Assembly: GCA_963710425.1 (NCBI GenBank)
Contig: CAVQAR010000036.1
Coordinates: 34,416 to 98,415, forward strand
DNA length: 64,000 bases
Source: an uncultured delta proteobacterium
GTDB lineage: Bacteria; Desulfobacterota; Binatia; Binatales; Binataceae
Reading direction: 5' to 3'
Shown: piece after piece, positions 12,394 to 21,282 of the stretch
Numbering within the stretch: the stretch's first letter is position 1
Layout of the letters: each line of letters opens with the position of its first letter
The notes under the pieces: model-generated
Told to the model about the DNA's origin: nothing
The model's database searches: none
The model's input: only the letters and a program-made list of their open reading frames with translations
Translations under genes and position numbers: made by a program

Positions 12394-14187
12394 TCAGTTA
12401 ACCAGACCGCCGTTACCGGCGAGATCTTCAGGCGACATAAATTGCAGGTCGTAAAGTTTGCGGTATTCTTTTCCGCGCGCAAACAGTTCGTCGTGCGTGC
12501 CGTCTTCGACGATTCGGCCGTGAACGACCACCACGATTCGGTCGGCGCGGCGCACCGTCGAGAGGCGATGCGCGATCACCAGCGTCGTGCGATTTTCCAT
12601 CAGATGCTCGAGTGCTTCCTGCACCGACCGTTCCGAAGCCGAGTCGAGCGACGAGGTCGCTTCGTCGAGAATCAGAATCGGCGCGTCTTTGAGCAACGCG
12701 CGCGCAATCGCGATTCGCTGCCGCTCGCCGCCTGAGATCCGCACGCCCAGCTCGCCCACCATCGTGTCGTAACCGTTGGGCAGCCGCGAAATGAAGTCGT
12801 GCGCGTTGGCGAGCTTGGCGGCCGCGATCACTCGTTCAAGTTTTTTATCGCTGCTGCCGTACGCGATGTTGGCGCGAATCGTGTCGTCGAACAGGAACGT
12901 ACTCTGCGTCACGAGACCGATTTCCGCGCGCAGCGACTTGACTCGCAGCTTGCGCACGTCGATTCCGTCCACCGTGACGCGTCCCTGTTGCACGTCGTAA
13001 AAGCGCGGGATCAAATCGGCCATCGTCGATTTGCCTCCACCGCTCATCCCTACCAGCGCGACGACTTTGCCGACGCCAATCTCGAGGTTGATATCGTGCA
13101 ACACCCATTCGTCGCCGTACCGAAAGCTGACGTTTTCGAACGCGATGCTGTGCGCGCCGGATTGCAATTCGACTCCGTTCGGATCGTCGGGCACCTCGCT
13201 CGGAAGATCCATCATCTCGAATACGCGCTCCGCCGCCGCGAGTCCTTGCTGAATGCTGTTGTTGGTTTTGCCCAGCGCTTTGAACGGCCGATACACGAGG
13301 ATCATGGTTGTGAAAAATCCGGCGAATTGTCCGAGCGTGCGCGTGCCCGCTTGCAGCGATCCCACCGCCCACCAGACCACTGCGACCACTGCGACCGCGC
13401 CCAGCGCTTCGATCAACGGTCCCGTCAACGCCTTGATTCGCGCCACCCGCATGAAGATTCGGAACAGCCGCTTGAGCTCGCGATTGAAACGCATGCGCTC
13501 GTAATCTTCCATCCCGAACGCCTTGACGACGCGGTTTCCTTGAAAGGTTTCATGCAACAGCGATTGCAGGCCGCTCAGTTGTTTCTGCTGATTCTTGGTT
13601 TCACGGCGAACTTTTTTCGAAAGGCTCGCGATCGGCAGAACGATGATTGGGAACCCGACGAACGCGACGATCGCCAATCCCCAGTCGAGCCAAAAGGCTG
13701 TCACCAGCAACGCGATCAGCGACATGCCGTCACCGAAAATCGAAAACACGCCGTTGCTCAGGCTCGACACCACGAGGCCGGCGTCGCTGATAATTCGTGC
13801 AACCATCACGCCCGTCGGCGTCCGATTGAAAAAACTCAGCGACTGGCGCTGCAGGCTCTCATTAAGGTCGCCGCGAATATCGACCACCATCTTCTGAGTG
13901 ATGTACGAGCTCAGATAATCGTCGCCGAAGTTTGCAACCGCGCGCAGCAAGAATAATCCTGCCAGCAGCAGCGAGTATTCCCGCAGCTTCACGGCGCCGC
14001 CCGCATCGAGCTGATTGCCGACTTTCAGGTTGGTGACGAGATCGACCACCAGCTTTATAATGAACGGGATTCCCGCGCTGGCCGCCGACAGCAACAGCAT
14101 CGCCACCGCAAGCAGCAACACAAACGGAAATAAGTATGGTCGAATGTAGCCGAAGAGCCGCCGCTGCAGCGGGCTGAGCAGCTTCAT
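12394..14187 (-). CDS. msbA: Lipid A flippase ABC transporter
   Basis: N-terminal TM domain; GMSGGGKST, ISGGERQRIAIARA, ILDEATS; lies between lpxB and waaA. Confidence 0.92.
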   Translation of the reverse strand: MKLLSPLQRRLFGYIRPYLFPFVLLLAVAMLLLSAASAGIPFIIKLVVDLVTNLKVGNQLDAGGAVKLREYSLLLAGLFLLRAVANFGDDYLSSYITQKMVVDIRGDLNESLQRQSLSFFNRTPTGVMVARIISDAGLVVSSLSNGVFSIFGDGMSLIALLVTAFWLDWGLAIVAFVGFPIIVLPIASLSKKVRRETKNQQKQLSGLQSLLHETFQGNRVVKAFGMEDYERMRFNRELKRLFRIFMRVARIKALTGPLIEALGAVAVVAVVWWAVGSLQAGTRTLGQFAGFFTTMILVYRPFKALGKTNNSIQQGLAAAERVFEMMDLPSEVPDDPNGVELQSGAHSIAFENVSFRYGDEWVLHDINLEIGVGKVVALVGMSGGGKSTMADLIPRFYDVQQGRVTVDGIDVRKLRVKSLRAEIGLVTQSTFLFDDTIRANIAYGSSDKKLERVIAAAKLANAHDFISRLPNGYDTMVGELGVRISGGERQRIAIARALLKDAPILILDEATSSLDSASERSVQEALEHLMENRTTLVIAHRLSTVRRADRIVVVVHGRIVEDGTHDELFARGKEYRKLYDLQFMSPEDLAGNGGLVN

Positions 14188-15386
14188 GCGGCCATCCTCG
14201 ACGCGATCATCTCGAGCGCGATCGTCGCCACGCGTCCCGCCGCGCCGGGCGATCCGAGCTTCTCGCGCAACGACTTCAGCGCCGCGACCGTCTCCGCGCG
14301 GATCGTATCACTAAGCAGCGGCTCGGCCGCGCGCACCAGCTTCTCAACGGTGACGTCACGCTGTATAAGTTCCGGCACGATTTGCCGGCCCGCCAGGATA
14401 TTCGGCATTCCGATAAAATCGACTCCCTTCACCAGCATCCGGCCTAGGATATAGGTAAGCGGCGACGCTTTGTAGGCAATCACCTCGGGGCATCCGAGCA
14501 GCGCGGTCTCGAGCGTAGCAGTCCCCGACGCGACAATTGCCAGCTCGCTCGCCGCGACGATGTTGTAGGTGTCGTTCTCGACAATCTTGATTCCCGCCAG
14601 ATCTGTTCGTCCCACCTCGGCCAGCTCGGCCTGCGTCAACGTCGGCGCCAGCGCGAGCGCTATTTCGAGATTGTGATCGCGCGCGACAATCCGCGCCGCC
14701 TTGACCATCGGATCGAGCAGGTAGCGAACTTCGGCGCGGCGGCTTCCCGGCAGGATCGAAATGATCCGCGCGCGCGGCGCGAAGCCATGGCGCTTCAGCG
14801 TTTCATCGCGATTTTGCGCCGCGGCGACGAGGTCTAACAACGGATGCCCGACGAATGAAACCCGCTCGCCGGCGCGATGGAACAATTCGGCCTCGAACGG
14901 CAGCACCACCGCCAGCCGACCCGCGCGCTCGACCAGCTTGTCGACCCGACCGCGCCGCCACGCCCACACCTGCGGCGTAATATAGTAGAGCACCGGAACG
15001 CCGTTGCGCCGTGCGGTCCCGGAGAGAATCAGGTTAAACTCCGCATAGTCAATCAGGATCAGTAGGTCCGGCTTCTCGCGCCGGATGATTTGCCGCAGGG
15101 TGCGAAACGCGCCGACAGTCCGCCCAATGGTCGACGCCAGCTCCGAAAGTCCAAGCCCATGGATGTCCTCCATCCGGACGATCGCGCGCACGCCGACCGC
15201 GCGCATTTTCTCGCCTGCAATTCCGAACAGCTCACACGACGGATCGCGCGCGAGAATTTCCCGGGCCAAATCGCCGCCGTGAAGATCCCCCGACGCCTCG
15301 CCGGCAACGATCATGATGCGGCCTCGGCGCGCGGTATCTTTCAAGCGCTCGTCGGGCCGCGGTGGCGCTTCGGCATTCAACGGCAT
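14184..15386 (-). CDS. lpxB: Lipid-A-disaccharide synthase (start approximate)
   Basis: IVAGEASGDLHG, LIDYAEFN, YYITPQVWAWR, LPFE, FVGHPL, LPGSRRAE, SGTATLE. Confidence 0.96.
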   Translation of the reverse strand: MPLNAEAPPRPDERLKDTARRGRIMIVAGEASGDLHGGDLAREILARDPSCELFGIAGEKMRAVGVRAIVRMEDIHGLGLSELASTIGRTVGAFRTLRQIIRREKPDLLILIDYAEFNLILSGTARRNGVPVLYYITPQVWAWRRGRVDKLVERAGRLAVVLPFEAELFHRAGERVSFVGHPLLDLVAAAQNRDETLKRHGFAPRARIISILPGSRRAEVRYLLDPMVKAARIVARDHNLEIALALAPTLTQAELAEVGRTDLAGIKIVENDTYNIVAASELAIVASGTATLETALLGCPEVIAYKASPLTYILGRMLVKGVDFIGMPNILAGRQIVPELIQRDVTVEKLVRAAEPLLSDTIRAETVAALKSLREKLGSPGAAGRVATIALEMIASRMAA

Positions 15387-15441
15387 CGAAGCGATTGTGA
15401 TTGAAAACCCTTGCCTCGCAAATAGCCCCGCCCGTTCGATT

Positions 15442-15906
15442 TCAATTGTCCTGCGCGAAATTCCGACGGATGGCGTCACGTATCTGATCGACCGGCGATC
15501 CCTGCTCCGACATCCGCTTCGCCAGCAGCGCCTCGCCAGTGCAAATTTCGCACGACGCGCCATGCGTGCCGCGATAACAGTCGAGCAGGTTCTGATGCCC
15601 TTCCGCCTTGTCGCAACCGCAATAGCAATGCAGTTGCGCCAACAGCGCCGGGTTCTTCTCCGCGAATTTGTACGCTTCCTTTACCGGACCGACGAACTGG
15701 TTTGGATCGAGCGTCAGCCGCGGCTGCGCGTCTTTCGGCGCAGGAGCGTCCGCAGCCTCTGCCCGGCCCGTACAGCAGCAATGACCGGCGACGCACATTG
15801 CTCCGCGCGCATTGCCATTCACACTCGAACCGCCGAGCACCGGCCACATGTAGGCCAGCGCCAGGATCGCCGCGAACGAGGTGCCGAGAATTATTACGCG
15901 TCTCAT
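15442..15906 (-). CDS. PCYCGC/CYCXC-motif metal-binding protein, copy A
   Basis: LHCYCGC...GHQNLLDC...HGASCEIC; N-terminal hydrophobic anchor; extra MCVAGHCCC segment. Confidence 0.8.
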   Translation of the reverse strand: MRRVIILGTSFAAILALAYMWPVLGGSSVNGNARGAMCVAGHCCCTGRAEAADAPAPKDAQPRLTLDPNQFVGPVKEAYKFAEKNPALLAQLHCYCGCDKAEGHQNLLDCYRGTHGASCEICTGEALLAKRMSEQGSPVDQIRDAIRRNFAQDN

Positions 15907-16502
15907 GCTGCACCGCCCTTGTTCAGAGTTTTTTTGACGTCATCGACGATGTCCTGCGCTTTCACGACTTCGCCATTATATTCGCGGATTAGCCGGCCGT
16001 CCGGCCCAATCAACATCATATCCACCATATGGCCAACTGAACCATCCGGCTCGACTTGCCTGCTCAACTTGAATCCCGCCAGCGCCTGATCGACCTCCGC
16101 GGGCCCACCTGTCAGAAAATACCATCCCTTCTGATCCGCGCCCTGCTGACGCGAGTAGTCGAGCAATTGCTTCGGGCCGTCATGCTCCGGATCGACCGAA
16201 ATCGAAACGATCGTCACCTTCGAACCGATGTCGCTGCCCAGCCGCAGCGCGACGTTTTCCAACTTCGCCGTTTCCATCAGGCACGGCCCCGGGCACGAGG
16301 TGTAGATGAAGTCGACTACCATCGGCTTGCCCTTGAGCGACGTCAGCGCCACGGTGTTGCCGTTCTGATCGACGAGCTTGGCGTCGGTGAGAACGCTCTC
16401 GGCGGCCGCGCTTCCGGAATCACGATGGCATCCAGCGATCGCGAATAGACTAAACATCATTACTACAATGGCGAGAGATCTGAGATTACGGTGATTACTC
16501 AT
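15903..16502 (-). CDS. SCO1/SenC family copper chaperone lipoprotein, copy C
   Basis: Lipobox IAGC; LVDQNG; DFIYTSCPGPC (CxxxC); ISVDPEHD; FLTG; conserved His in VGH. Confidence 0.92.
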   Translation of the reverse strand: MSNHRNLRSLAIVVMMFSLFAIAGCHRDSGSAAAESVLTDAKLVDQNGNTVALTSLKGKPMVVDFIYTSCPGPCLMETAKLENVALRLGSDIGSKVTIVSISVDPEHDGPKQLLDYSRQQGADQKGWYFLTGGPAEVDQALAGFKLSRQVEPDGSVGHMVDMMLIGPDGRLIREYNGEVVKAQDIVDDVKKTLNKGGAA

Positions 16503-16539
16503 CTATATATCCTTCAATAGTTAGTTGGCATTTGATTAC

Positions 16540-17406
16540 TCAATGGGGCGGCGGCGTATTAGCCAGTACCGCCGACCATCCGAGCACCGCTCCCAACAGC
16601 GCGCATTCCACCGCAACATTGCGAATCAGCGACGCGCGCGCCGACGACTCATCTACCGACCCTACCAGTCGATACCGGTTGTAGCCGCCGATCAATATCA
16701 CCGTGGCCGCCGTGCCGACCTTCCAGAGCAGCGTGCGTCCATAGATCGAATTCACCAGCAGATCGAGTTGTACTCCCAGTACCTCCCACGCTCTGATCAC
16801 GCCGGTGACGAGTAAAGCGGCGACTGACCATCCTGCAATCTGAGATACCCGCGAAGTCGCCGACCGCAGCCAATCTGCTCCCGCATGTCCGTACGTCGCG
16901 CCTATCAGCAATGAGACCAGCGCGCCAATCCACATCCCCGCCGCCGCCTGGTGTATAAATTGAATCGTGATCGCGAATGCGCCCTTGTCCACGGCGTGAC
17001 TCGTAATGCTTTGAAACGCGAGCAGAGCCGCCGAGATGACGAACATCAGCGCTGTGGCGAGCCGCCCCGGCGCGGGAATCCACGCCACCAGAGCCAATAG
17101 TAGCACGGTCGCCAGCCTCCACGTCCATACGCGGCCGGCGAAGGTTTCGCGCATTATTTGCGGCATCGACGGCAGCACTTCCCTGAAGGTCGAGTCCGCC
17201 ATCCCAGCGCCGATGGACCACAGCCTGAGCGGCGACATCACCAACACGATCAGCGCGAGCACCCGCCAAAGCACTAGCATGCTTCGCACCGATACGTCGC
17301 CAGCGACGACCGCACGCGGCGCCGCAAACAACGCAAAAGCTGTGGTTCCGAAGATCAGCACCTGCGCCCCAACCAACGGCCACGCGAATATCGGTTGCGG
17401 AATCAC
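16540..17406 (-). CDS. copD: CopD family inner-membrane copper transport protein
   Basis: Multi-TM; SITSHA, HQAAAGMWIG, TGVIRA, YGRTLLWK, IGGYNRY; GTG start overlaps the copC stop. Confidence 0.88.
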   Translation of the reverse strand: MIPQPIFAWPLVGAQVLIFGTTAFALFAAPRAVVAGDVSVRSMLVLWRVLALIVLVMSPLRLWSIGAGMADSTFREVLPSMPQIMRETFAGRVWTWRLATVLLLALVAWIPAPGRLATALMFVISAALLAFQSITSHAVDKGAFAITIQFIHQAAAGMWIGALVSLLIGATYGHAGADWLRSATSRVSQIAGWSVAALLVTGVIRAWEVLGVQLDLLVNSIYGRTLLWKVGTAATVILIGGYNRYRLVGSVDESSARASLIRNVAVECALLGAVLGWSAVLANTPPPH

Positions 17407-17783
17407 GATCCGCCGTTGGCGACCGTAAACGTGTACGAGCCCTGGGTGTGATGCGTATCGATGCAAACGACCGCCCACTTGACCTGGTAGTCGCCGGGTT
17501 TCAGTGGCGGGACCTTGACCGACAAACGGATGCCGTCGTCGCTGACTTGCGCTGGGCCATCGGCTTCGTTGGTGCCGTCGGCACCCACTACTTCCAGCTT
17601 GGCGAACAGCTTCTCGATCGGTGCGTCAAACTTGATCACGACCTCGGGCGGCGACGAGGCAACCTTTTGTCCTGCCGATGGAGTTTCCTGTTCGGGAAAC
17701 GAATGCGCCCGCGCTACCATCGGATTACTCAGTCCAATAGCCAGTAGCGCTGACGCGTATAGCCATATAGCCGATTTCTTCAC
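17403..17783 (-). CDS. copC: CopC periplasmic copper-binding protein
   Basis: Signal peptide then ARA|HSFP (N-terminal His); PGDYQVKWAVVCIDTHHTQGSYTF (DxH ligands). Confidence 0.92.
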   Translation of the reverse strand: MKKSAIWLYASALLAIGLSNPMVARAHSFPEQETPSAGQKVASSPPEVVIKFDAPIEKLFAKLEVVGADGTNEADGPAQVSDDGIRLSVKVPPLKPGDYQVKWAVVCIDTHHTQGSYTFTVANGGS

Positions 17784-18706
17784 TCGCCGGGTCCTCGATT
17801 AATGGTCCAGTTGCCCCACTTCGGGAAAAACGAATCGTAAAATATGTCGAGCAATCCGATTATCGTGGCGTGACTCGCGGGCACCGTCGCATTGTTCAGC
17901 GCGAACTGAGTACCCAGACTCAATTCGTAGTGATAGCTGACGTAGGCGATGCCCGGCGTCGCCAGGATAGTCGGAAAGGTCTGGCCCGACGGCCCTCGGA
18001 CTAGCTGATCGTAGTTGAATTCCGTGAACAGGAAGAGATTTCGGAACGGCCATTTGAGTCCGATGTCCTGAACGTTGTTGCTGAGGTACGGCAGCGAATA
18101 TTCGATCACTACGTCGGCAAACAGATCGTGGCTGGTTTGCCCGCCCAAGGCCGGCAGATAGCCGACATCGCCTTGAAATCCCAACGGCCGCAGATACTTC
18201 AGCACCGGCAAATTGGGAAGATCGCCCAAGGCCTTCTCCCACAAGAACTCCGGACCGAGGCTGGTATGGCTCTGATCCCGGATGTCCTTGTTGCCGACGG
18301 GGAGATCGGCGACCAACGCAATCGATGTGAGAAACTCGTGTTCGAGTGAATAGTAAAAGGCCCATTTCGCCGCCACTTCCGGATTGTCCACGCCTTCGTG
18401 GCTCGGGCCCTGGTACGGTGAAACATGATGCCACGCCGTTCCGGCCGCGAGACTGAATCTCGGCATATAGTTGTCGTCGATCCAAAGGACCTTCTCGCCT
18501 GAGAATCCGATCGAGTAGTCATTGGCGTCGCTGCTCTTGACCCACGACGGTTCGAGAATGTCGAGCTCATTCGCCGGAGTCGGGTCCTCGGCGATAAGCG
18601 GTTCCAGGAACACGTAGTCCCCGACGACTCCATGTGCGTGCGCCGCGCTCGCGCGCATCGCAAACACTATCATCAAAGTTAGAACCAGCTTCCTTCGCAC
18701 AAACAT
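17780..18706 (-). CDS. Secreted, probable outer-membrane beta-barrel protein directly upstream of copC (start approximate)
   Basis: Signal peptide AAHA|HGVVGD; alternating aromatic/hydrophobic beta-strand pattern; stop overlaps the copC start. Confidence 0.55.
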   Translation of the reverse strand: MFVRRKLVLTLMIVFAMRASAAHAHGVVGDYVFLEPLIAEDPTPANELDILEPSWVKSSDANDYSIGFSGEKVLWIDDNYMPRFSLAAGTAWHHVSPYQGPSHEGVDNPEVAAKWAFYYSLEHEFLTSIALVADLPVGNKDIRDQSHTSLGPEFLWEKALGDLPNLPVLKYLRPLGFQGDVGYLPALGGQTSHDLFADVVIEYSLPYLSNNVQDIGLKWPFRNLFLFTEFNYDQLVRGPSGQTFPTILATPGIAYVSYHYELSLGTQFALNNATVPASHATIIGLLDIFYDSFFPKWGNWTINRGPGE

Positions 18707-18754
18707 CCTCCCGAGCCGCGTCAGGCCGATCAATTGACTACTTCCGACGGGCGA

Positions 18755-19201
18755 TTATTCCGCCGGCAGCCCGGCGATCGAGCGTAAATACACGAACAGC
18801 GCGCCCGCGAACAACGCCATGTCCAGCACTAGCTCCAGCCACATCCTTGGTCGCGACGGCGCGCCGGCTCCGAAACAGCCGCAGTCGAGCGTGAGACCTC
18901 GAAACAGCGCGGACGCCAAGGCTGTGAAAAATATTGCAGAGAGTAAAATGATCGCGAGCGCACCGATGCGCCTGGTCCGCGGCCCCAGCAGCAAGAGGCC
19001 GCATGCAATCTCAAATGGCGGCAGCGCGAGAGCCAGCAAGCTTATAAACACCGCCGGCAGGATCCCGAATGCGGCGATGCTGTCCGCGAACTGCAGCGGA
19101 TCGCGGATCTTGTCGATGGCCGCGTAGATGAAAATCCCGGCCATGGCCAGGCTGACCGCCAGCACTGCATAGGCGTGAAGCCGGTTGTCGGATACCGTCA
19201 T
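18755..19201 (-). CDS. MauE/DoxX family membrane redox protein
   Basis: GIFIYAAIDKI, LPPFEIACG, GLTLDCGCFG. Confidence 0.88.
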   Translation of the reverse strand: MTVSDNRLHAYAVLAVSLAMAGIFIYAAIDKIRDPLQFADSIAAFGILPAVFISLLALALPPFEIACGLLLLGPRTRRIGALAIILLSAIFFTALASALFRGLTLDCGCFGAGAPSRPRMWLELVLDMALFAGALFVYLRSIAGLPAE

Positions 19202-19788
19202 CGTTCGCTCCCCGCAGACGCCGGCAGCCCCGCGGCCGACCATGCATCCCATCCTCCGGTGAAGACGCGGACATTGCCGAAGCCAAGACTCAGCAACGCG
19301 TTTGCGACGAGGCGGCTGTCATGACAGTCGCCGCCGGAGCAGTACACGATGATCGGCTTGTCATGGGCGGCCTGCAGCACTCCTGCCAGCCGTCTATAAT
19401 CTTTCGGGAAGTCGTCTCGCGCGAGATTGAGCGCTCCCGGAACGTGTCCCTGCTCGAAGAAGACGGACGGGCGGGCATCAAGGATGAGTGCACTCTTGCT
19501 CTGGACAGCTGAACGGAATTCATCGAGTCCGACCGTCGCCGCCGGTGCGAGCTTGAACGGCGGCGCCGCGACCAGAGTCGTCAGCTCGGCATCGAACCGC
19601 TGCTCCGGCGTTTGATAGACGATAGGAAGTGGAGCGCGTGAAAAATGGTTCATCACGAGTCCAGCCGCCAGGGACGCGATTGCGAGCAGGGAAACGCCGC
19701 CGAGATCGCGCAAAATTCGCAATCGGAGACTCTTTGCTCGAGGCAGCCGGGCTGAATCGGGAGTGCCAATCGATACTGTTGAAGTCAT
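19198..19788 (-). CDS. Membrane-anchored rhodanese-like domain protein
   Basis: N-terminal TM; ILDARP..F.QGHVPGA.N; IIVYCSGGDCHDS; VFTGGWDAW; ATGA overlap with MauE. Confidence 0.9.
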   Translation of the reverse strand: MTSTVSIGTPDSARLPRAKSLRLRILRDLGGVSLLAIASLAAGLVMNHFSRAPLPIVYQTPEQRFDAELTTLVAAPPFKLAPAATVGLDEFRSAVQSKSALILDARPSVFFEQGHVPGALNLARDDFPKDYRRLAGVLQAAHDKPIIVYCSGGDCHDSRLVANALLSLGFGNVRVFTGGWDAWSAAGLPASAGSER

Positions 19789-20221
19789 CTGAGTGAGCGG
19801 GAAGGCCGGTTGCCAATTACTTCGCTTCCATTCAATGCTGCCCGGCGGTCGTAACGAATCGCCATGAACGAGGCGCGATCACGTTCTTGCTCCGCCTGCA
19901 GCTCATATTCATTGCGCTCATGCTCCGCGATATTGGCGTTTTCCTGGTCCGCAGTGACGCGGCATTGCGAAATTTCGCGATCGCGCTCGTGATTTACCCC
20001 TGCATCTGTGATTCAGCGGAAGCGTCAGGAGTTGCTGCTATGCGCGCCATCTCATCATGGCTACGAGATCAGGGCTTCGTCGATGCACCGTTTCTCGCTC
20101 GCATCGAGTGCTCGTCTCTGTTTTTCCAACTGTGCGAGCCTTGGATCCGAGTCGCTTTCCGGATGTTTGAAGAAGCGCATCCAGCCAACAGGATGATTGC
20201 GACTAAGACGAGCTTCTTCAT
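19785..20221 (-). CDS. Hypothetical helical lipoprotein, broken by at least two indels (end uncertain)
   Basis: MKKLVLVAIILLAGC lipobox; coding-like continuation in other frames (DPRLAQLEKQRRALDASEKRCIDEAL; NHERDREISQCRVTADQENANIAEHERNEYELQAEQERDRAS). Confidence 0.5.
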
Positions 20222-20255
20222 AGAAGCGGTTGCACTGGAGAATTGCTCTTGAGCG

Positions 20256-20807
20256 TCAGGGCTTGGCGTTAGGATCCGCCGCAGACTTTTGCGGTAACAG
20301 CGGTAACACCGCGTCCGACAGGCTCTTTTCAGTAACCGTTGTTTGGTCGGGCGTGAGCTTTGCGCGCACCACTCCATTTCCATCCACGACAACCGTCATC
20401 GGAAGAGCGTCAGGGGTCCCGAAATCGTTGACTTTGGCGTCATCGAGCATCGCCGCAGGATAGCTGTATGATTGCATAACCTTGGTTACATCGGATCGGT
20501 CGTGTGGACGGTCGGCGCTCACGCCGATCATCTCGAGACCTTGGCCGTGATACCGCCGGTAGAAAGCGTCGAGAGCCGGCATCTCCTCGCGGCAAGGCGG
20601 ACACCAAGTGGCCCAAAAGTTCACGATTACGACTTTTCCGCGCTGCGCACTTAGATCGAACGTTTGTCCGTCCAGTTCAGGCACGTCCAGCGCGGGAGCA
20701 GGGTTGCCGACGGTTGCGGAGGCGAACGCCAAGACGGCTCCATAAATGATCGCGAGCAACTCCCGCACGCCAGCAAACCACGAGTATGTCGTGCGCATCT
20801 TTGGCAT
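20256..20807 (-). CDS. TlpA/ResA-like thiol-disulfide oxidoreductase (start uncertain)
   Basis: VVIVNFWATWCPPCREEMPAL; LPMTVVVDGNG. Confidence 0.92.
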   Translation of the reverse strand: MPKMRTTYSWFAGVRELLAIIYGAVLAFASATVGNPAPALDVPELDGQTFDLSAQRGKVVIVNFWATWCPPCREEMPALDAFYRRYHGQGLEMIGVSADRPHDRSDVTKVMQSYSYPAAMLDDAKVNDFGTPDALPMTVVVDGNGVVRAKLTPDQTTVTEKSLSDAVLPLLPQKSAADPNAKP

Positions 20808-20810
20808 TGG

Positions 20811-21275
20811 TCAATTTCCCCCGGCGTATTGCCTGCGGATCGCATCGCGTATCTGATCTACCGGCGAACCCTGCCCTGCCAGCTGCTGGGCCATCAACGC
20901 CTCGCCCATGCAGATCTCGCACTTCGAGCCGTGATCGCCTCGATAACAGTCGAGCAGATTCTGATGGCCGTACTCCCGGTCACATCCGCAGTAGCAATGC
21001 AGTTGAGCCAGCAGCGCAGGATTCTTCTCCGCAACCTGGTACGCCTGCTTTGCTGGCCCGACGAACTGATCGGGATCGGGTGTCAAGCGTTCGTTTGCGC
21101 CGATAGCCGCGACAGTCTCTGCATGCCCCCGTCGGGCGCAGCAGCAATGACCCGCGATACACATCATGCCGCGCGAGCTGCTATTTTCCATCGATGAAGC
21201 ACCAAACGTCGGCCACAGATATGCCACTGCCAGAACGGCCGCCGCCGTAGAGCCCAAAATTATCGCTCGCTTCAT
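20811..21275 (-). CDS. PCYCGC/CYCXC-motif metal-binding protein, copy B
   Basis: LHCYCGC...GHQNLLDC...HGSKCEIC; MCIAGHCCC segment; paralog of 15442..15906. Confidence 0.8.
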   Translation of the reverse strand: MKRAIILGSTAAAVLAVAYLWPTFGASSMENSSSRGMMCIAGHCCCARRGHAETVAAIGANERLTPDPDQFVGPAKQAYQVAEKNPALLAQLHCYCGCDREYGHQNLLDCYRGDHGSKCEICMGEALMAQQLAGQGSPVDQIRDAIRRQYAGGN

Positions 21276-21282
21276 GTGGCTC

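Noticed and set aside
19198-19788. Cluster rhodanese as sulfur donor for the rhodanese-less ThiI
   Set aside because: It is membrane-anchored and probably periplasm-facing, lies 40 kb away, and is translationally coupled to MauE instead.
15442-21275. Selenocysteine in the CYCXC-family proteins
   Set aside because: All motif positions are TGC/TGT Cys codons in both copies; there is no in-frame TGA.
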